Part shown: piece after piece, positions 28,001 through 38,756 of the stretch
Position numbering within the stretch: the first letter of the stretch is position 1
Layout of the letters: the number at the start of each line of letters is the position of its first letter
Source of the DNA: a virus
Lineage: Duplodnaviria; Caudoviricetes
Reading direction: 5' to 3' (one strand)
DNA length: 64,000 nucleotides
IMG/VR virus record: IMGVR_UViG_3300025410_000009
Notes under the pieces: model-generated
Databases searched by the model: none
The model's input: only the letters and a program-made list of their open reading frames with translations
Told to the model about the DNA's origin: nothing
Translations under genes and position numbers: made by a program

Positions 28001-28402
28001 TTAATCTCCTAGTGCGACTGTGGTGGCTGAAAAAGGGTATCGTCGTGTTTGTTTTGTGGTACTGGTATTACGCCAGGTCAGTGAGCAAATCGAACCCACT
28101 GCAGGTGCTTTGTATATGATCAGGTTACCACCTAGATTACTTATGTTATCAGTCACACGGTACTGATTTATTGGCGCTATGATAGAAATCCAGGGCCAGG
28201 TGTAAGTGGTAACGTAAGGAATCAGTCGTAAGCCATTGACAACAACTTCTAGATCTCGACTGTCAACTATGCTGGTCACAGTGGTTTGTTCTAGACGTAA
28301 CGGGAATACTGTGCGAACTCCAGTAAATGAATTGGTGATAGAGTTCAACAGCACAGGCGCTTGGGCTGTGCTTGCAAATCCGGGTATTGTGGTTAAGGCC
28401 AT
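28001..28402 (-). CDS. Small structural protein (133 aa)
   Basis: LNSITNSFTGVRTVFPL..LEVVVNGLRLIP..IYKAP fits the F.G....F.L / V.VNG / F..AP module. CATAAATA lies 5 nt upstream. Confidence 0.7.
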   Translation of the reverse strand: MALTTIPGFASTAQAPVLLNSITNSFTGVRTVFPLRLEQTTVTSIVDSRDLEVVVNGLRLIPYVTTYTWPWISIIAPINQYRVTDNISNLGGNLIIYKAPAVGSICSLTWRNTSTTKQTRRYPFSATTVALGD

Positions 28403-28415
28403 ACTTGTATTTATG

Positions 28416-31400
28416 TTATAGTGTCTGCAGCGGACCGGTTGGCGGTGTAAAGTTGGCGGTGTAACGTGCTACACCGTTGGTGATGCGTAGATCGTCGATG
28501 TAGCCTTGGTACCAAACAGCTCCGCTGGCGCCTAGTGTACCACCGCTATTATAATAGTTGCCTACACTGATGGGCACTGTGGTTAATGCAGATAGGGTAG
28601 AAGCATTGGTTGCAGATCCCACACTAACACCGTTTTGATATAGTGTAAAAGTTGTACCATTTTTAACCACAGCCACATGTACCCATGTGTTTGTAGAAAA
28701 AGTTGTACTGGCACTAACCAATACTACGCCAGTACTGTAGGGAGCCCAATTCCAAGTTAAAGTTAAATTAGTAAATCCAAGTATCCAACCAGCGTAGTTT
28801 GTAGTCTGATTCCACTGTGCTGCAATAGTGGTAAGCGAACCCGAAGTTGCAGCAGTACTGTAGAACCAGCACTCTACGGTAAAATTGCCACCACTTATCA
28901 GATTTAAAGATGGATTGTACGGTATCGCCAAGGCGCTGGTAGACCCATCAAACGACACAGCACCAGTACCATATTTGACATAGGTGTTACCAGCGCTGGT
29001 TCGAGATGTGCCCACAGTGACTATATTTGTACGGCTGGTGGCATCTAGCACGCCAGCATTGGTGCCCAACAACAAGAGACTGGTATTGGCTGTGGGTGCG
29101 GGTGGTGCAGTTGGCGGAGTGAAGTTTGTGGTATAGAGTGCGGTTCCTTTAATAAATCGTAAATTACTAATATAACCATTAAGATAAATTGTACTATAAA
29201 ATCCAATAGTAGTCGCCGCACCGCTTGCTACACCAGTTGTAGCGGCTGACCCTTGAGCTGTACCATTAACAAACAAGCGAGTTGTTGCACCGTCGCACGA
29301 AACAACAACATGATACCAGCTACTAGCTGCATAAGTACCAGTTGATGTAATTTGAGTACCAACATATGATTTATCAACAATGAATTTTCCGCCCGAAAAT
29401 GCAAAACATAGATATCCGCTCAAGTACTGTGCCCAAAAATATCCAGTAGTACTAATAGGAAAAACCCAGCATTCAAATGTGAATGACCCGTTTTGATCAA
29501 AAGCAGTACTATTTGCCAGCTGAAGATAATCAGTTGAACCATTAAAATACATGCTGCCGCCCACTATCGAGGTCGAGTATGTGGTTGACGGATTAAATGG
29601 CGATACTGGTTGTACCACAGGGGTACCAACTGAAGATACTGTAAAAGCATTATTACTGGTGTCTTGAAAACCACTGGTTAAACATGTCAAAACTTGTGTG
29701 CCTGTTATTGCGGTTAGCGGTACTGAACTAGGTGTAAATGGTGTGGTATATACTGTAGAGCCAGTGACTACACGGAAATTACTGATATATCCTATAAAAG
29801 GGTCAATATAGGTATAACTGCTGTAACTGTAATTTGTTGCCCCAATATATAGACTTTGACTACCAATGCACGGCCAAGTGCCACTTAGTGTTGGATTACT
29901 ACTGAATTGGCTAGTTATGTCTACTCCATTAACATACCAAAGACTAGAGGTGCCGGTATAGGTCCACGCAACATGTGTCCAGGTGTTTAAAGGAATTAGT
30001 GTGGTACTAGTAACGCTGATATAACCACCACCATCTCGTACTATCAGTAAGTAGCCGGTGCTGCTTACCTTTAACGCATTGTACTGCGGATTACCGCTGT
30101 TCAAACTCCAAATTGTGGCTGCACCAGTGGGGCTGGTTCCAGACGAATACCCAGTTAAATAAATCCAACATTCTATAGTTCCTTTAGAATTTCCTGGTGC
30201 AACCAGTGTACTTGCAGGAAAAGTTAAGAAAGGATACGATGTTGTAGTACCAGAACCACTCACGTACACACTCCAACCACTTTGACTGAATGGTGTAAAT
30301 GTGCCTTGTGTGGGGGTGCCGTTGCGAGTCACTGCCAAGTTGAACACGCTGTCGTCCTGGAACACATTATTATTGTTGCTTTGTCGTGTTTGCAAAGTCA
30401 ACAGGGAGGTGTTTGCCACAGCAGTCAGCGGTTGTGTGGGCAGAGCAAAAGGAGCGGTGTATATGGCAGTGCCTTTTACAAATCTTGCATTAGATATATA
30501 GCCTGGAAAATAACTTCCACTAGCATTAGTTTGAATTCCTATGTTCAACGGATTCGATGTGTTTGAATCAAGTGTATTATCTGTAACCTGTGCTACAGAT
30601 ATTCCGTTAAGATATATTGTTGTGTTATTGGTTCCTGTACCATTTCTAACTATTGCAATATGATACCATTGCCCGGCGAGAAGATATGGAGTATATGATG
30701 CAATAAACGTATTGTTAATAACCCAGCCTAAGCCCTTGGCTCCAGATGTATAATTTACAAGTATACCCCAACCTGGAATATTACTGCCGCCCTGGTAAGT
30801 GCCCATCACCTCTTGCCCATAGGTGGCGCCGGTGCCACTGGTTAAATATATCCAGGCTTCGGCTGTATAGCTACCCGAACCCAACACCAAGTTAGCATTA
30901 AACGGAGTTGACAAATACCCAGTTGATCCATCAAACAGGCCCGAACCCACAGTGTTAACATTGGCTGTGGTAGTGGGCACAGCAAATGGACTAGCAGCAA
31001 CCACAGCCACGTTGCCGGTAGTGGTCAAGGCAAATGCGCTGTTACCAGAATCAGTGATTGTGGAATTCAAGCAGGTCAACAATGCGGTACTAGACACTGT
31101 GGTGTAAGGTGTAGTACTGGGAGTAAAGTTGGCTGAAAATAACTGTGTGTTACTGATTCTAAAATTGCTTAGTCGGTAGGCCGACAAGTTGGTGCTGGTA
31201 TAGCCAATGCCCAATCTAATGGGATTGGTGGTGTATAAATTAAAGGTATACGCATTGGTCAAGCCCAACGACACCCCTTGACCGTTGTAGTAGATGTCCC
31301 AAGTTGTGCCATCAGATCGGCGCTGTACCACTATGTGTGTCCAAACAAACGGTGTTATCGGTACCGAGTTTGATATACTACCCGACGAAAAACCAAATCC

Positions 31401-33113
31401 GTTGGGACCCATGGGGAAACTTATGCCGGCATTGGTGACGTCAAGCTCCCACCATACAACACCAACTGAACTGGTCCAAGCCGATGTCACAATACAAGTC
31501 CATGTGGCTGCTATTGGTGTGGGATAGATCCAAAAATCAAAAGTGAATCCACCAGTGTTAACGCTGGGAAATATGGTGTTTGATGCTGCCTGTGTCAGTG
31601 CTACACCATTGGCGCTGGGCGCAAAGTAATTGCTGTAGTAGCCGTTGGTGTAGTTGTTGTATGTGGCTGGACTGGCCACTGGTCCAAACGGTTGGTTGGT
31701 CTGTATTTTGGGTGTACCGCCCAGTACTATAGGTATGCCACTGGCATAGTCAACAAAACCAGGACCTTGAGCAGTCAAGAACACAGTGCCTGCAATGGCA
31801 GTCAAGGGTGCAGTACTTGGTGTAAACACCGTGGTACCTGTTGTGGTACTGGCGGTGCTATAAGCACTGGGAATGGTGCCGTTCATGATACGCAGGTTAG
31901 ACAAGTATCCTGCAGCATAATAGGTACCAGCATACAAACCCACCAGCTGAGCAACACCGGTCTGCAACAGATTTTGGGTGCCAGTTGCGTTGTATCCCTG
32001 CATGACACCGTTTAAGAAAAATCTCCAAGCACCACTGGTGGTTTGTCTAGTAAATGCCACATGATTCCATGTATTTAATGGGATGGTCACAGAACCACTG
32101 AAAAATGAATTAGCGTAGTAGTCTATACTAAAACCTGTAGAACTTACAACAAAATTGGGACGTGTTTGCCCACTAGCACCGCTGGATGTTGTAAATAGCC
32201 CAAATGACGCTGTTGATGTTAGGTATACCCAAGCTTCAACACAGCAGGCATTGGTGCCTAGATCAAGCCCGTTACTGACTGTCAACTGCAAGTAATCGGT
32301 GCTGCCGTTAAACAACATGCTGTAATACCCGGTGGGCAAATACGGTGTAAATCTGTTGCTGCTAACAGTGCCGGTTGGTGTAATATTGGCATTGCTGACA
32401 CTGGCATCAGTGATATAAGTGGTGATTGGAGTTTCGCCGTTCACTAACAAAGGCGTATAATTAAAGTTCAAATCACCAATCACGATGCTTAGAGTAATGG
32501 TTTGCTGTGTGGTCTGTGAGTAGGCATCAGTGACCAAAATGGTCACTGTTGAAACAAATACCAAGTTGGCGCCGGTATAGGTACCAAAAATCAAACCAGT
32601 ACCCGACAGGGAAAGACCCTGTGGCAGTGTGCTGCCCGACTGTAAGGTATAGTTCAGTGTACCCGATCCAGTGGCCTGTAGTTGTACATTGACCACGGCT
32701 GTGCTTGAACTGTAGCTGGTGGCGGTGACACTGGGGTAACCCGAGAATGTGAGTCCAGCTGCATACAAACATCCACTGGATGAATTGTTAAACAGCATCA
32801 AGGAATATGTACCAGCCGACCCCGAACCCACAACAGCATGCACTTCACTTGAGCTGACAAATGTGGTTGTCACTGCCAACCCGTTGATGTAAACGGTGCA
32901 GCCAGATGCAAAGTTGCTGCCAATCAGCTTTAAATATCCGCCACTGGTGTTCATGGCTGTGTCAGGCAAATTGGTGTAACTGGCGTTGGTTATAAAAACA
33001 CCAGTAATGACCGGGGCAGTTGACGAAGCAAGACTGGGACTAGAACCCACAGTGGTGCTGCTCACAGCACTGGTATTGGCCACGCTTAAACGGCTTGATG
33101 TACGGTATGCCAT
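28416..33113 (-). CDS. Six-LamG (ConA-like) domain protein with N-terminal IPT/Ig-like domains (1565 aa)
   Basis: Six motif sets (CVEAWVY, TFDFWIY, TAEAWIY, TIECWIY, TFECWVF, TVECWFY), each followed by W.H and a (GY/RL)..N(D)..R strand. A putative-Ig segment TLPQGLSLSGTGLIFGT is also present. Confidence 0.9.
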   Translation of the reverse strand: MAYRTSSRLSVANTSAVSSTTVGSSPSLASSTAPVITGVFITNASYTNLPDTAMNTSGGYLKLIGSNFASGCTVYINGLAVTTTFVSSSEVHAVVGSGSAGTYSLMLFNNSSSGCLYAAGLTFSGYPSVTATSYSSSTAVVNVQLQATGSGTLNYTLQSGSTLPQGLSLSGTGLIFGTYTGANLVFVSTVTILVTDAYSQTTQQTITLSIVIGDLNFNYTPLLVNGETPITTYITDASVSNANITPTGTVSSNRFTPYLPTGYYSMLFNGSTDYLQLTVSNGLDLGTNACCVEAWVYLTSTASFGLFTTSSGASGQTRPNFVVSSTGFSIDYYANSFFSGSVTIPLNTWNHVAFTRQTTSGAWRFFLNGVMQGYNATGTQNLLQTGVAQLVGLYAGTYYAAGYLSNLRIMNGTIPSAYSTASTTTGTTVFTPSTAPLTAIAGTVFLTAQGPGFVDYASGIPIVLGGTPKIQTNQPFGPVASPATYNNYTNGYYSNYFAPSANGVALTQAASNTIFPSVNTGGFTFDFWIYPTPIAATWTCIVTSAWTSSVGVVWWELDVTNAGISFPMGPNGFGFSSGSISNSVPITPFVWTHIVVQRRSDGTTWDIYYNGQGVSLGLTNAYTFNLYTTNPIRLGIGYTSTNLSAYRLSNFRISNTQLFSANFTPSTTPYTTVSSTALLTCLNSTITDSGNSAFALTTTGNVAVVAASPFAVPTTTANVNTVGSGLFDGSTGYLSTPFNANLVLGSGSYTAEAWIYLTSGTGATYGQEVMGTYQGGSNIPGWGILVNYTSGAKGLGWVINNTFIASYTPYLLAGQWYHIAIVRNGTGTNNTTIYLNGISVAQVTDNTLDSNTSNPLNIGIQTNASGSYFPGYISNARFVKGTAIYTAPFALPTQPLTAVANTSLLTLQTRQSNNNNVFQDDSVFNLAVTRNGTPTQGTFTPFSQSGWSVYVSGSGTTTSYPFLTFPASTLVAPGNSKGTIECWIYLTGYSSGTSPTGAATIWSLNSGNPQYNALKVSSTGYLLIVRDGGGYISVTSTTLIPLNTWTHVAWTYTGTSSLWYVNGVDITSQFSSNPTLSGTWPCIGSQSLYIGATNYSYSSYTYIDPFIGYISNFRVVTGSTVYTTPFTPSSVPLTAITGTQVLTCLTSGFQDTSNNAFTVSSVGTPVVQPVSPFNPSTTYSTSIVGGSMYFNGSTDYLQLANSTAFDQNGSFTFECWVFPISTTGYFWAQYLSGYLCFAFSGGKFIVDKSYVGTQITSTGTYAASSWYHVVVSCDGATTRLFVNGTAQGSAATTGVASGAATTIGFYSTIYLNGYISNLRFIKGTALYTTNFTPPTAPPAPTANTSLLLLGTNAGVLDATSRTNIVTVGTSRTSAGNTYVKYGTGAVSFDGSTSALAIPYNPSLNLISGGNFTVECWFYSTAATSGSLTTIAAQWNQTTNYAGWILGFTNLTLTWNWAPYSTGVVLVSASTTFSTNTWVHVAVVKNGTTFTLYQNGVSVGSATNASTLSALTTVPISVGNYYNSGGTLGASGAVWYQGYIDDLRITNGVARYTANFTPPTGPLQTL

Positions 33114-33442
33114 TACGAAATCTCACTTCCAAATGCTAAAAAACTGACTTGAGCTGTGCTGGCTGCAACCGAAACAACATCAGTTGCAGCCAAGGTGATA
33201 CCTATCGTGATCATGACTGTGTCATTTGCCGGCAGCGTGGTGGCATAATTGATGTAGTTTTTACTGCTCACAGCAGCACCAGCTGGCCTCACAGCCAGGC
33301 TGTATGTGGCTGAAGTATTGGCCTGATTGCACACCGCAATGGTACTGATCACCGTACTAGTGCTGGCTGGTACCGTGTACAATGTGCTCAGTGTGTTTGG
33401 CGCGGGGTTAATTTGGCCTAAAACTCGATAGGTTGTTGTCAT
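33113..33442 (-). CDS. Stand-alone ~108-aa beta-sandwich protein (YxVLGQ family)
   Basis: MTTTYRVLGQINP..LYTVPA..VCNQ..NDTV..TLAATDV..SFLAFG. TAATG overlap with the downstream gene. Confidence 0.85.
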   Translation of the reverse strand: MTTTYRVLGQINPAPNTLSTLYTVPASTSTVISTIAVCNQANTSATYSLAVRPAGAAVSSKNYINYATTLPANDTVMITIGITLAATDVVSVAASTAQVSFLAFGSEIS

Positions 33443-33456
33443 TATAGTCTATTTAT

Positions 33457-35181
33457 TTAGAATGTTATCGTGCCCGAAGAAGTAAACACATAGGTTCTAA
33501 CACCAGCAAAGTCGGTCACAATGGGATTTCCGGTTATGCTGCTAGGTGGTGAATAAGAATCACTGTAACTGATGGCCACCAAGCCCGATCCGCCACTGCC
33601 GCCAACCCCATTTGCGCCCAGAGTATACCCAGCACCGCCACCACCGCCTCCGGTATTGGCCGTACCACTCACAGCACTGGCAGCACTATTTGTGTTGGCT
33701 CCAGCCCCACCACCGCCTATGCCCCCGGCTCCACTTCTACCCAAGATACTGGCACCACCGCCACCACCGCCGGCGTAGGTCACACCATTGACCCAAGTTA
33801 CCCCGGCACCACCTGCTCCGCTGGTGTTGTCTGTGGCCGAAATACCCACTGTGGCTGCACCACCACCGCCACCTGCAGACTGCTGATTTGCCAGGCCACT
33901 TCCGCCCGAACCACCCGAGAAGCCCTGTGCTGGAGTCTTGGCTGGATTGTTACCCGAGCCGGCTGCTGATCCGCCAGCACCATTGGCACCACCGCCTGAA
34001 CCACCTGCGGCTGCATCGGCTGCAGTATCACCGCCATGGCCACCACCAGTGGCTATTTCGTTCCAGGCGCTGCTGTCGGTTCCGTTTGTGGCTGCAGTCA
34101 CATTGGCACTGTAACCACCCGATCCGCCAGCGCCCACGTTGATCACATAAGTTGATCCGGTTACTACACCAATACCGCTTAGAGAACGGTATCCGCCAGC
34201 ACCACCGCCACCACCGCCTGAATTGGTGACAGCATAGCCACCTCCGCCACCACCAGCCACTATCAGCAGGTTCACATTACTGGGCGCTGAAGTAACGGTC
34301 AGTGTTATTGCTTGATTGGTAATTTGTGACAGCGCATTTGTGGCAGTCACAGTGAATGTGTACACACCAGCAGTTCTAGTGCCCGACAACAATCCAGTGC
34401 TGCTTAAGGCAACACCTGCGGGCAGTGTGCTACCTGAGGCCAACGAGTAGGTGACAGGACCAGTTCCGCCAGCTGTGGTAGCCGACAGTTGTACACTGAC
34501 GTTGGATCCAAATGCACCTGTACTCAAATAAGTGCCTGTGGTCCAAACAGGAGCTGCCGAGTAGGTCAAACCACCTAGGAACAAGTAACCAGCACCGCTG
34601 CCGTTAAACACCGACAGTGCCTGAGTTCCTGCTGAAGCCGCAGGCAATTGAGCATAGATAGTGGTACCATTTACACAATTTGTGGTTATTGCTGGTACTG
34701 AGTTTACATATACTGTGCAGTTGGCTGTGAACCCGCTGCCGTTTAATTGTATGAAGCCGCCCAAGGTGGACATTGTGGTTGCTGACAATGCGGTATAGCT
34801 GCTATTGGTGATTGCAAAACCAGTGATAATGGGTCCGTATGTGGTACTGGCCACTGTGGTCTCTGCGCCAAAAGCATTAAAACTCACATTGCCAGTTGAT
34901 GCTCGAGCCGACAACACATCGGTTGTGGCCATAGTCAAACCTAGAACCAGTGATATGGTATCGTTGGCATTGATAGTGGTGTTGTAGTTGAGATAGCTGT
35001 TGGCCACAATGGCACCACCACCAGGCTGTACACTCAGGGTAAACAGGGCCGGTGTGGCTGCTTGATTACAAACCACAATTGAACTAACCACCGAACTGAC
35101 TGCTGCGGGTACGGTGTACAACACAGTTGGTGCGTTTGCTGCAGGATTGATTTGTCCCAAAACTTTGTAATTTGTTGTCAT
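33457..35181 (-). CDS. YxVLGQ sandwich + IPT-like + putative Ig + glycine-rich domain protein (574 aa)
   Basis: Shared N-terminal domain, GGFIQLNGSGF..VYVN, LPAGVALSSTGLLSGT, and a NLLIVAGGGGGG...GGSGLVAI...FTSSGTITF end. Confidence 0.88.
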   Translation of the reverse strand: MTTNYKVLGQINPAANAPTVLYTVPAAVSSVVSSIVVCNQAATPALFTLSVQPGGGAIVANSYLNYNTTINANDTISLVLGLTMATTDVLSARASTGNVSFNAFGAETTVASTTYGPIITGFAITNSSYTALSATTMSTLGGFIQLNGSGFTANCTVYVNSVPAITTNCVNGTTIYAQLPAASAGTQALSVFNGSGAGYLFLGGLTYSAAPVWTTGTYLSTGAFGSNVSVQLSATTAGGTGPVTYSLASGSTLPAGVALSSTGLLSGTRTAGVYTFTVTATNALSQITNQAITLTVTSAPSNVNLLIVAGGGGGGYAVTNSGGGGGGAGGYRSLSGIGVVTGSTYVINVGAGGSGGYSANVTAATNGTDSSAWNEIATGGGHGGDTAADAAAGGSGGGANGAGGSAAGSGNNPAKTPAQGFSGGSGGSGLANQQSAGGGGGAATVGISATDNTSGAGGAGVTWVNGVTYAGGGGGGASILGRSGAGGIGGGGAGANTNSAASAVSGTANTGGGGGGAGYTLGANGVGGSGGSGLVAISYSDSYSPPSSITGNPIVTDFAGVRTYVFTSSGTITF

Positions 35182-35196
35182 AGTTTGCTCTTTTTA

Positions 35197-38100
35197 TTAG
35201 AAAGTTATCGACCCCGATGTGGTCCAAATATAAACTTTATACCCATTTATGTTGGATACAGCAGGGTTACCAGTGGTTGATGCAGGATCAGGATTAGCAT
35301 TGGGGAAACGCATGATGACCGCACCCGAACCGCCGGCACCGGCACCAGATCCATACACAGCACTAGCACCAATTGATCCACCACCACCACCACCTCCGCT
35401 GTTGGCACCACCGTTACCACCTAGGCCAGTACTACCGACAGTGCCGTTAGCACCCGAATTGAGTGATCCGCCACCGCCACCACCACCGGTATTGGAGATA
35501 CTGCTATTGTTATAAATACCACCACCGCCACCACCGCCCAGGCCGCCGGCACCACCAATTGATACGCCATATACTGTGTCAGCACCACCCGATCCACCAC
35601 CACCACCGCCAAAATACAATGTTGATCCTGTGATCGAAGTTGGGGCTCCAATACCACCATAACCACCAACACCAGTACCGGGAGCAGTTTGACCATTGGC
35701 ACCAGCGCCACCCCCACCGCCCCCACCGTATACGTGTGAACTAGTGTACCCGGCACCACCAGCATAGCCTTGACCTGATGTGCCGTTGGCTCCGTTTGGG
35801 TTGGTCGAATAGTTACCACCGCCACCTGATCCTCCGGTATTGGCAGCTTGAGTGGCTGATGCACCGCTACCGCCACCTATTGCAGTTATGGTTGCTATTG
35901 ACGATCCTGAAATAGTGGAATTTGCACCCACTGTGGCTGTTGCAATAGATGTATTTGATCCAACTCCGCCAGCACCCACGGTCACAGTAAAAGTTGTGCC
36001 GGTGCTAAAGGTAAACGAGCCAGTTGCAAATCCACCACCGCCGCCGCCGCCGCCAATGCTGTTACTGTAGCCACCACCACCACCGCCGCCGGCTACTACC
36101 ACATAATCAATACTGTTACCAGTCAAGTATGGTGAGAACGGAGCAGGTGGTGTAAAGGTCACTGTGCCTGAACTTTTCCAATAGTAGTAGGTATATCCGC
36201 CCACGTTTGCATAAGTTGTAGTTCCAGTAACCACCAAATTGGCATAGGTATTGGGATATCGAATGGCCACTAGACCCGATCCACCGTTACCACCGATGTT
36301 GGTATTGGTCGAATAGTTTTGTGCTGCGCCACCGCCACCACCGCCGGTGTTGACGTTGCCACTAGTGGCTGTAAGAGTACCCACTGATGCGCCTGGTGCG
36401 CCTCCACCGGTGCCACCTGCACCAGCAGTTCCGCTTGGATTACCAGCTGCACCACCACCGCCACCTCCAGCATAGGTTACTCCATCCAGCCATGCCAGCC
36501 CAGCACCGCCGGCACCGGATACTTGACCAGATCTAGCAACACCACCGCCACCAGCCCCGCCACCGCCACCAGCAGCTTGATTGCCAGCCGCACCAGTACC
36601 ACCAGCCCCGCCATCGTTGCCTTGGTTTGGATTAAGCATTGGGGTATTGCCGGTACCACCTGTAGCACTACCGCCATCGCCACCGCCACCAGATCCACCT
36701 GCACCGCCTGCTGATGTTCCAGTAGCACCACCGCCACGACCACCGCCAGCAGCAGTATATCCAAAAATTGATGAAGATTGTCCCTGTTGAGAATCAGTAG
36801 CGCCAGAATTTCTAGCACCCAAGCCGCCGGCTCCCACTGTCACAGTATATGTACCATTGGCCACCACTTGCGAAGCGAAACTCAAATAACCGCCAGCACC
36901 GCCACCGCCACCGCCACTATAACTAGATGTGGCACCACCGCCACCGCCACCGCCAATTATCAATACATCTACCACGCTGGGTGTTGTAGTGCCTTGATCT
37001 GCGGTCAGGGTACTGGGGAAAGCGCGACCCGGTCCCCATATAATTCTAACTGCGCCACCAGCGCCAGGGCCAGTCACATATGTGGCACCATATTCAAAAA
37101 CCCAACATCCACCACCACCACCAAAGCCACCGCCTACACCAGCATACCACGGCCCGCCCGGGCCTGGCCTAGCACTTGATCCACCTGCAACACCACCTGA
37201 TCCACCGCCGCCGCCGGCGCCGCCCACTGCTGTAACTGTACCATTTGCCCCTAACCCAAAAATACCAACACCACCACCAGCACCAGACGAGTAATTGATA
37301 TTGGTTTGCCCACCACCGCCACCGCCGCCGGTACTAGCAGTGGCATTTAATAGAGAAGTACCATCTGAGCCGGCTCCACCTGATCCAGTATATCCACCGC
37401 CACCGCCACCGCCACCACCGCCATGGTTAGGAGAATTTGTGCCCGATGAGCCCCCAAAGCCGCCGCCGTCACCAGACCAGCCGCCGCCAAGTTGAGATTT
37501 CAACAAGGTACCAGTACTACCAGTGCCACCACCAGTGCCACCTAGGCCGCTGACTGTGCTGTAATTTATAAAATAGCTATCTCCACCGGGATTGCCGGCA
37601 TTTTTATTAACACCATCACCAGTCACATAAGCACCACCAGCGCCAACTACCACTGTATAGCTGACACCGGGGACTACTGCAATATTGTTTCTCCATCCTA
37701 GCCCGCCACCTGACCCGCCTTGAGCTTCTTGTCCGGCAGAACCACTGCCGCCACCGCCTACAGCAACAGCACTCACTGAAGTGACACCAGCTGGTGCAGT
37801 CCAGGTATACGTGCCTGGAGTAGTAAATACTGCTTGGCCGACCGGTGCAGTATATGTATAAATTACAAATGCTCGACTGTCTGAATAAGTCTGTGAGGTG
37901 GCTGTCACTGTAAACGAGTTGGTTCCACTGGTGGTCGAAGTACCGGATATTATGCCAGTATTGGCATTTATTGACATACCTGTGGGCAGCGATCCTGCGG
38001 TGATGGCAAAACTGATTGTTCCAAAATTGACACTGGCAACTGGACCCACTGCAAAATTGGTGTTGGGAAACAGAGTGCCAATCACACCAGGTGCATTTAA

Positions 38101-38754
38101 CCAAGTGATAGTTGGAGTTGGAGTCACGGTATAAGTCAAGCCTGTGCGATAGATTATGCCCGGACTGGCACCGTTAAACAACATCAAGGGATAGGTACCA
38201 GCTGATCGAGCCGGCACTTGAGCATTCAGTTGTGATGAACTCACATATGTGGTTGTGGTGGCCAGGGCGCCGCTCACATACACATTGGCATTGCTGGCAA
38301 AATTTGCACCAGTTACCTGAATATACCCACCCCCGGTGCTTACAGTATTGTTACCACTCACAGTGGTATATGCACTATTGGTAACTGCCACGTTGCTGAT
38401 AACCGGCAACACAGCGCCAGTTACAGTGCCTATTTCAGCACCAAAGGCGGTAAAACTCACTGAATTACTACCTGCAGACACTGTAATGACATCGGTAGTG
38501 GCTAGAGTAACCCCAATGGTCAATGACACTGTGTCGTTAGCAGCAATAGCAGTCGAGCTGTTCAAATAGTGTTGTGCCTGCACCGCAGCACCAGCAGGTC
38601 TAATGGCAATGGTGAATGTGGTGGGTTGTACCCCTTGATTACAGACCACAATGGTGCTGACCACAGCACTGACGTTGGGTTGCACAGTATACAGATCAAT
38701 ACTGGTTCCTGTGACCGGATTGGCTTGCCCTAGAACTTTATAAAAAACTGTCAT
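35197..38754 (-). CDS. YxVLGQ sandwich + IPT-like + putative Ig + three glycine-rich domains (1185 aa)
   Basis: Gly-rich domains start at SAVAVGGGG, DVLIIGGGG and DYVVVAGGGG. LPTGMSINANTGIISGT is He_PIG-like. Confidence 0.88.
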   Translation of the reverse strand: MTVFYKVLGQANPVTGTSIDLYTVQPNVSAVVSTIVVCNQGVQPTTFTIAIRPAGAAVQAQHYLNSSTAIAANDTVSLTIGVTLATTDVITVSAGSNSVSFTAFGAEIGTVTGAVLPVISNVAVTNSAYTTVSGNNTVSTGGGYIQVTGANFASNANVYVSGALATTTTYVSSSQLNAQVPARSAGTYPLMLFNGASPGIIYRTGLTYTVTPTPTITWLNAPGVIGTLFPNTNFAVGPVASVNFGTISFAITAGSLPTGMSINANTGIISGTSTTSGTNSFTVTATSQTYSDSRAFVIYTYTAPVGQAVFTTPGTYTWTAPAGVTSVSAVAVGGGGSGSAGQEAQGGSGGGLGWRNNIAVVPGVSYTVVVGAGGAYVTGDGVNKNAGNPGGDSYFINYSTVSGLGGTGGGTGSTGTLLKSQLGGGWSGDGGGFGGSSGTNSPNHGGGGGGGGGGYTGSGGAGSDGTSLLNATASTGGGGGGGQTNINYSSGAGGGVGIFGLGANGTVTAVGGAGGGGGSGGVAGGSSARPGPGGPWYAGVGGGFGGGGGCWVFEYGATYVTGPGAGGAVRIIWGPGRAFPSTLTADQGTTTPSVVDVLIIGGGGGGGATSSYSGGGGGGAGGYLSFASQVVANGTYTVTVGAGGLGARNSGATDSQQGQSSSIFGYTAAGGGRGGGATGTSAGGAGGSGGGGDGGSATGGTGNTPMLNPNQGNDGGAGGTGAAGNQAAGGGGGAGGGGVARSGQVSGAGGAGLAWLDGVTYAGGGGGGAAGNPSGTAGAGGTGGGAPGASVGTLTATSGNVNTGGGGGGAAQNYSTNTNIGGNGGSGLVAIRYPNTYANLVVTGTTTYANVGGYTYYYWKSSGTVTFTPPAPFSPYLTGNSIDYVVVAGGGGGGGYSNSIGGGGGGGGFATGSFTFSTGTTFTVTVGAGGVGSNTSIATATVGANSTISGSSIATITAIGGGSGASATQAANTGGSGGGGNYSTNPNGANGTSGQGYAGGAGYTSSHVYGGGGGGGAGANGQTAPGTGVGGYGGIGAPTSITGSTLYFGGGGGGSGGADTVYGVSIGGAGGLGGGGGGGIYNNSSISNTGGGGGGGSLNSGANGTVGSTGLGGNGGANSGGGGGGGSIGASAVYGSGAGAGGSGAVIMRFPNANPDPASTTGNPAVSNINGYKVYIWTTSGSITF

Positions 38755-38756
38755 GA

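Noticed and set aside
18293-37495. Pro-rich plus-strand ORFs (e.g. 18293..18586, 33572..33778, 36581..36790, 37082..37495)
   Set aside because: They are antisense shadows of GGN codon runs in the Gly-rich domains.
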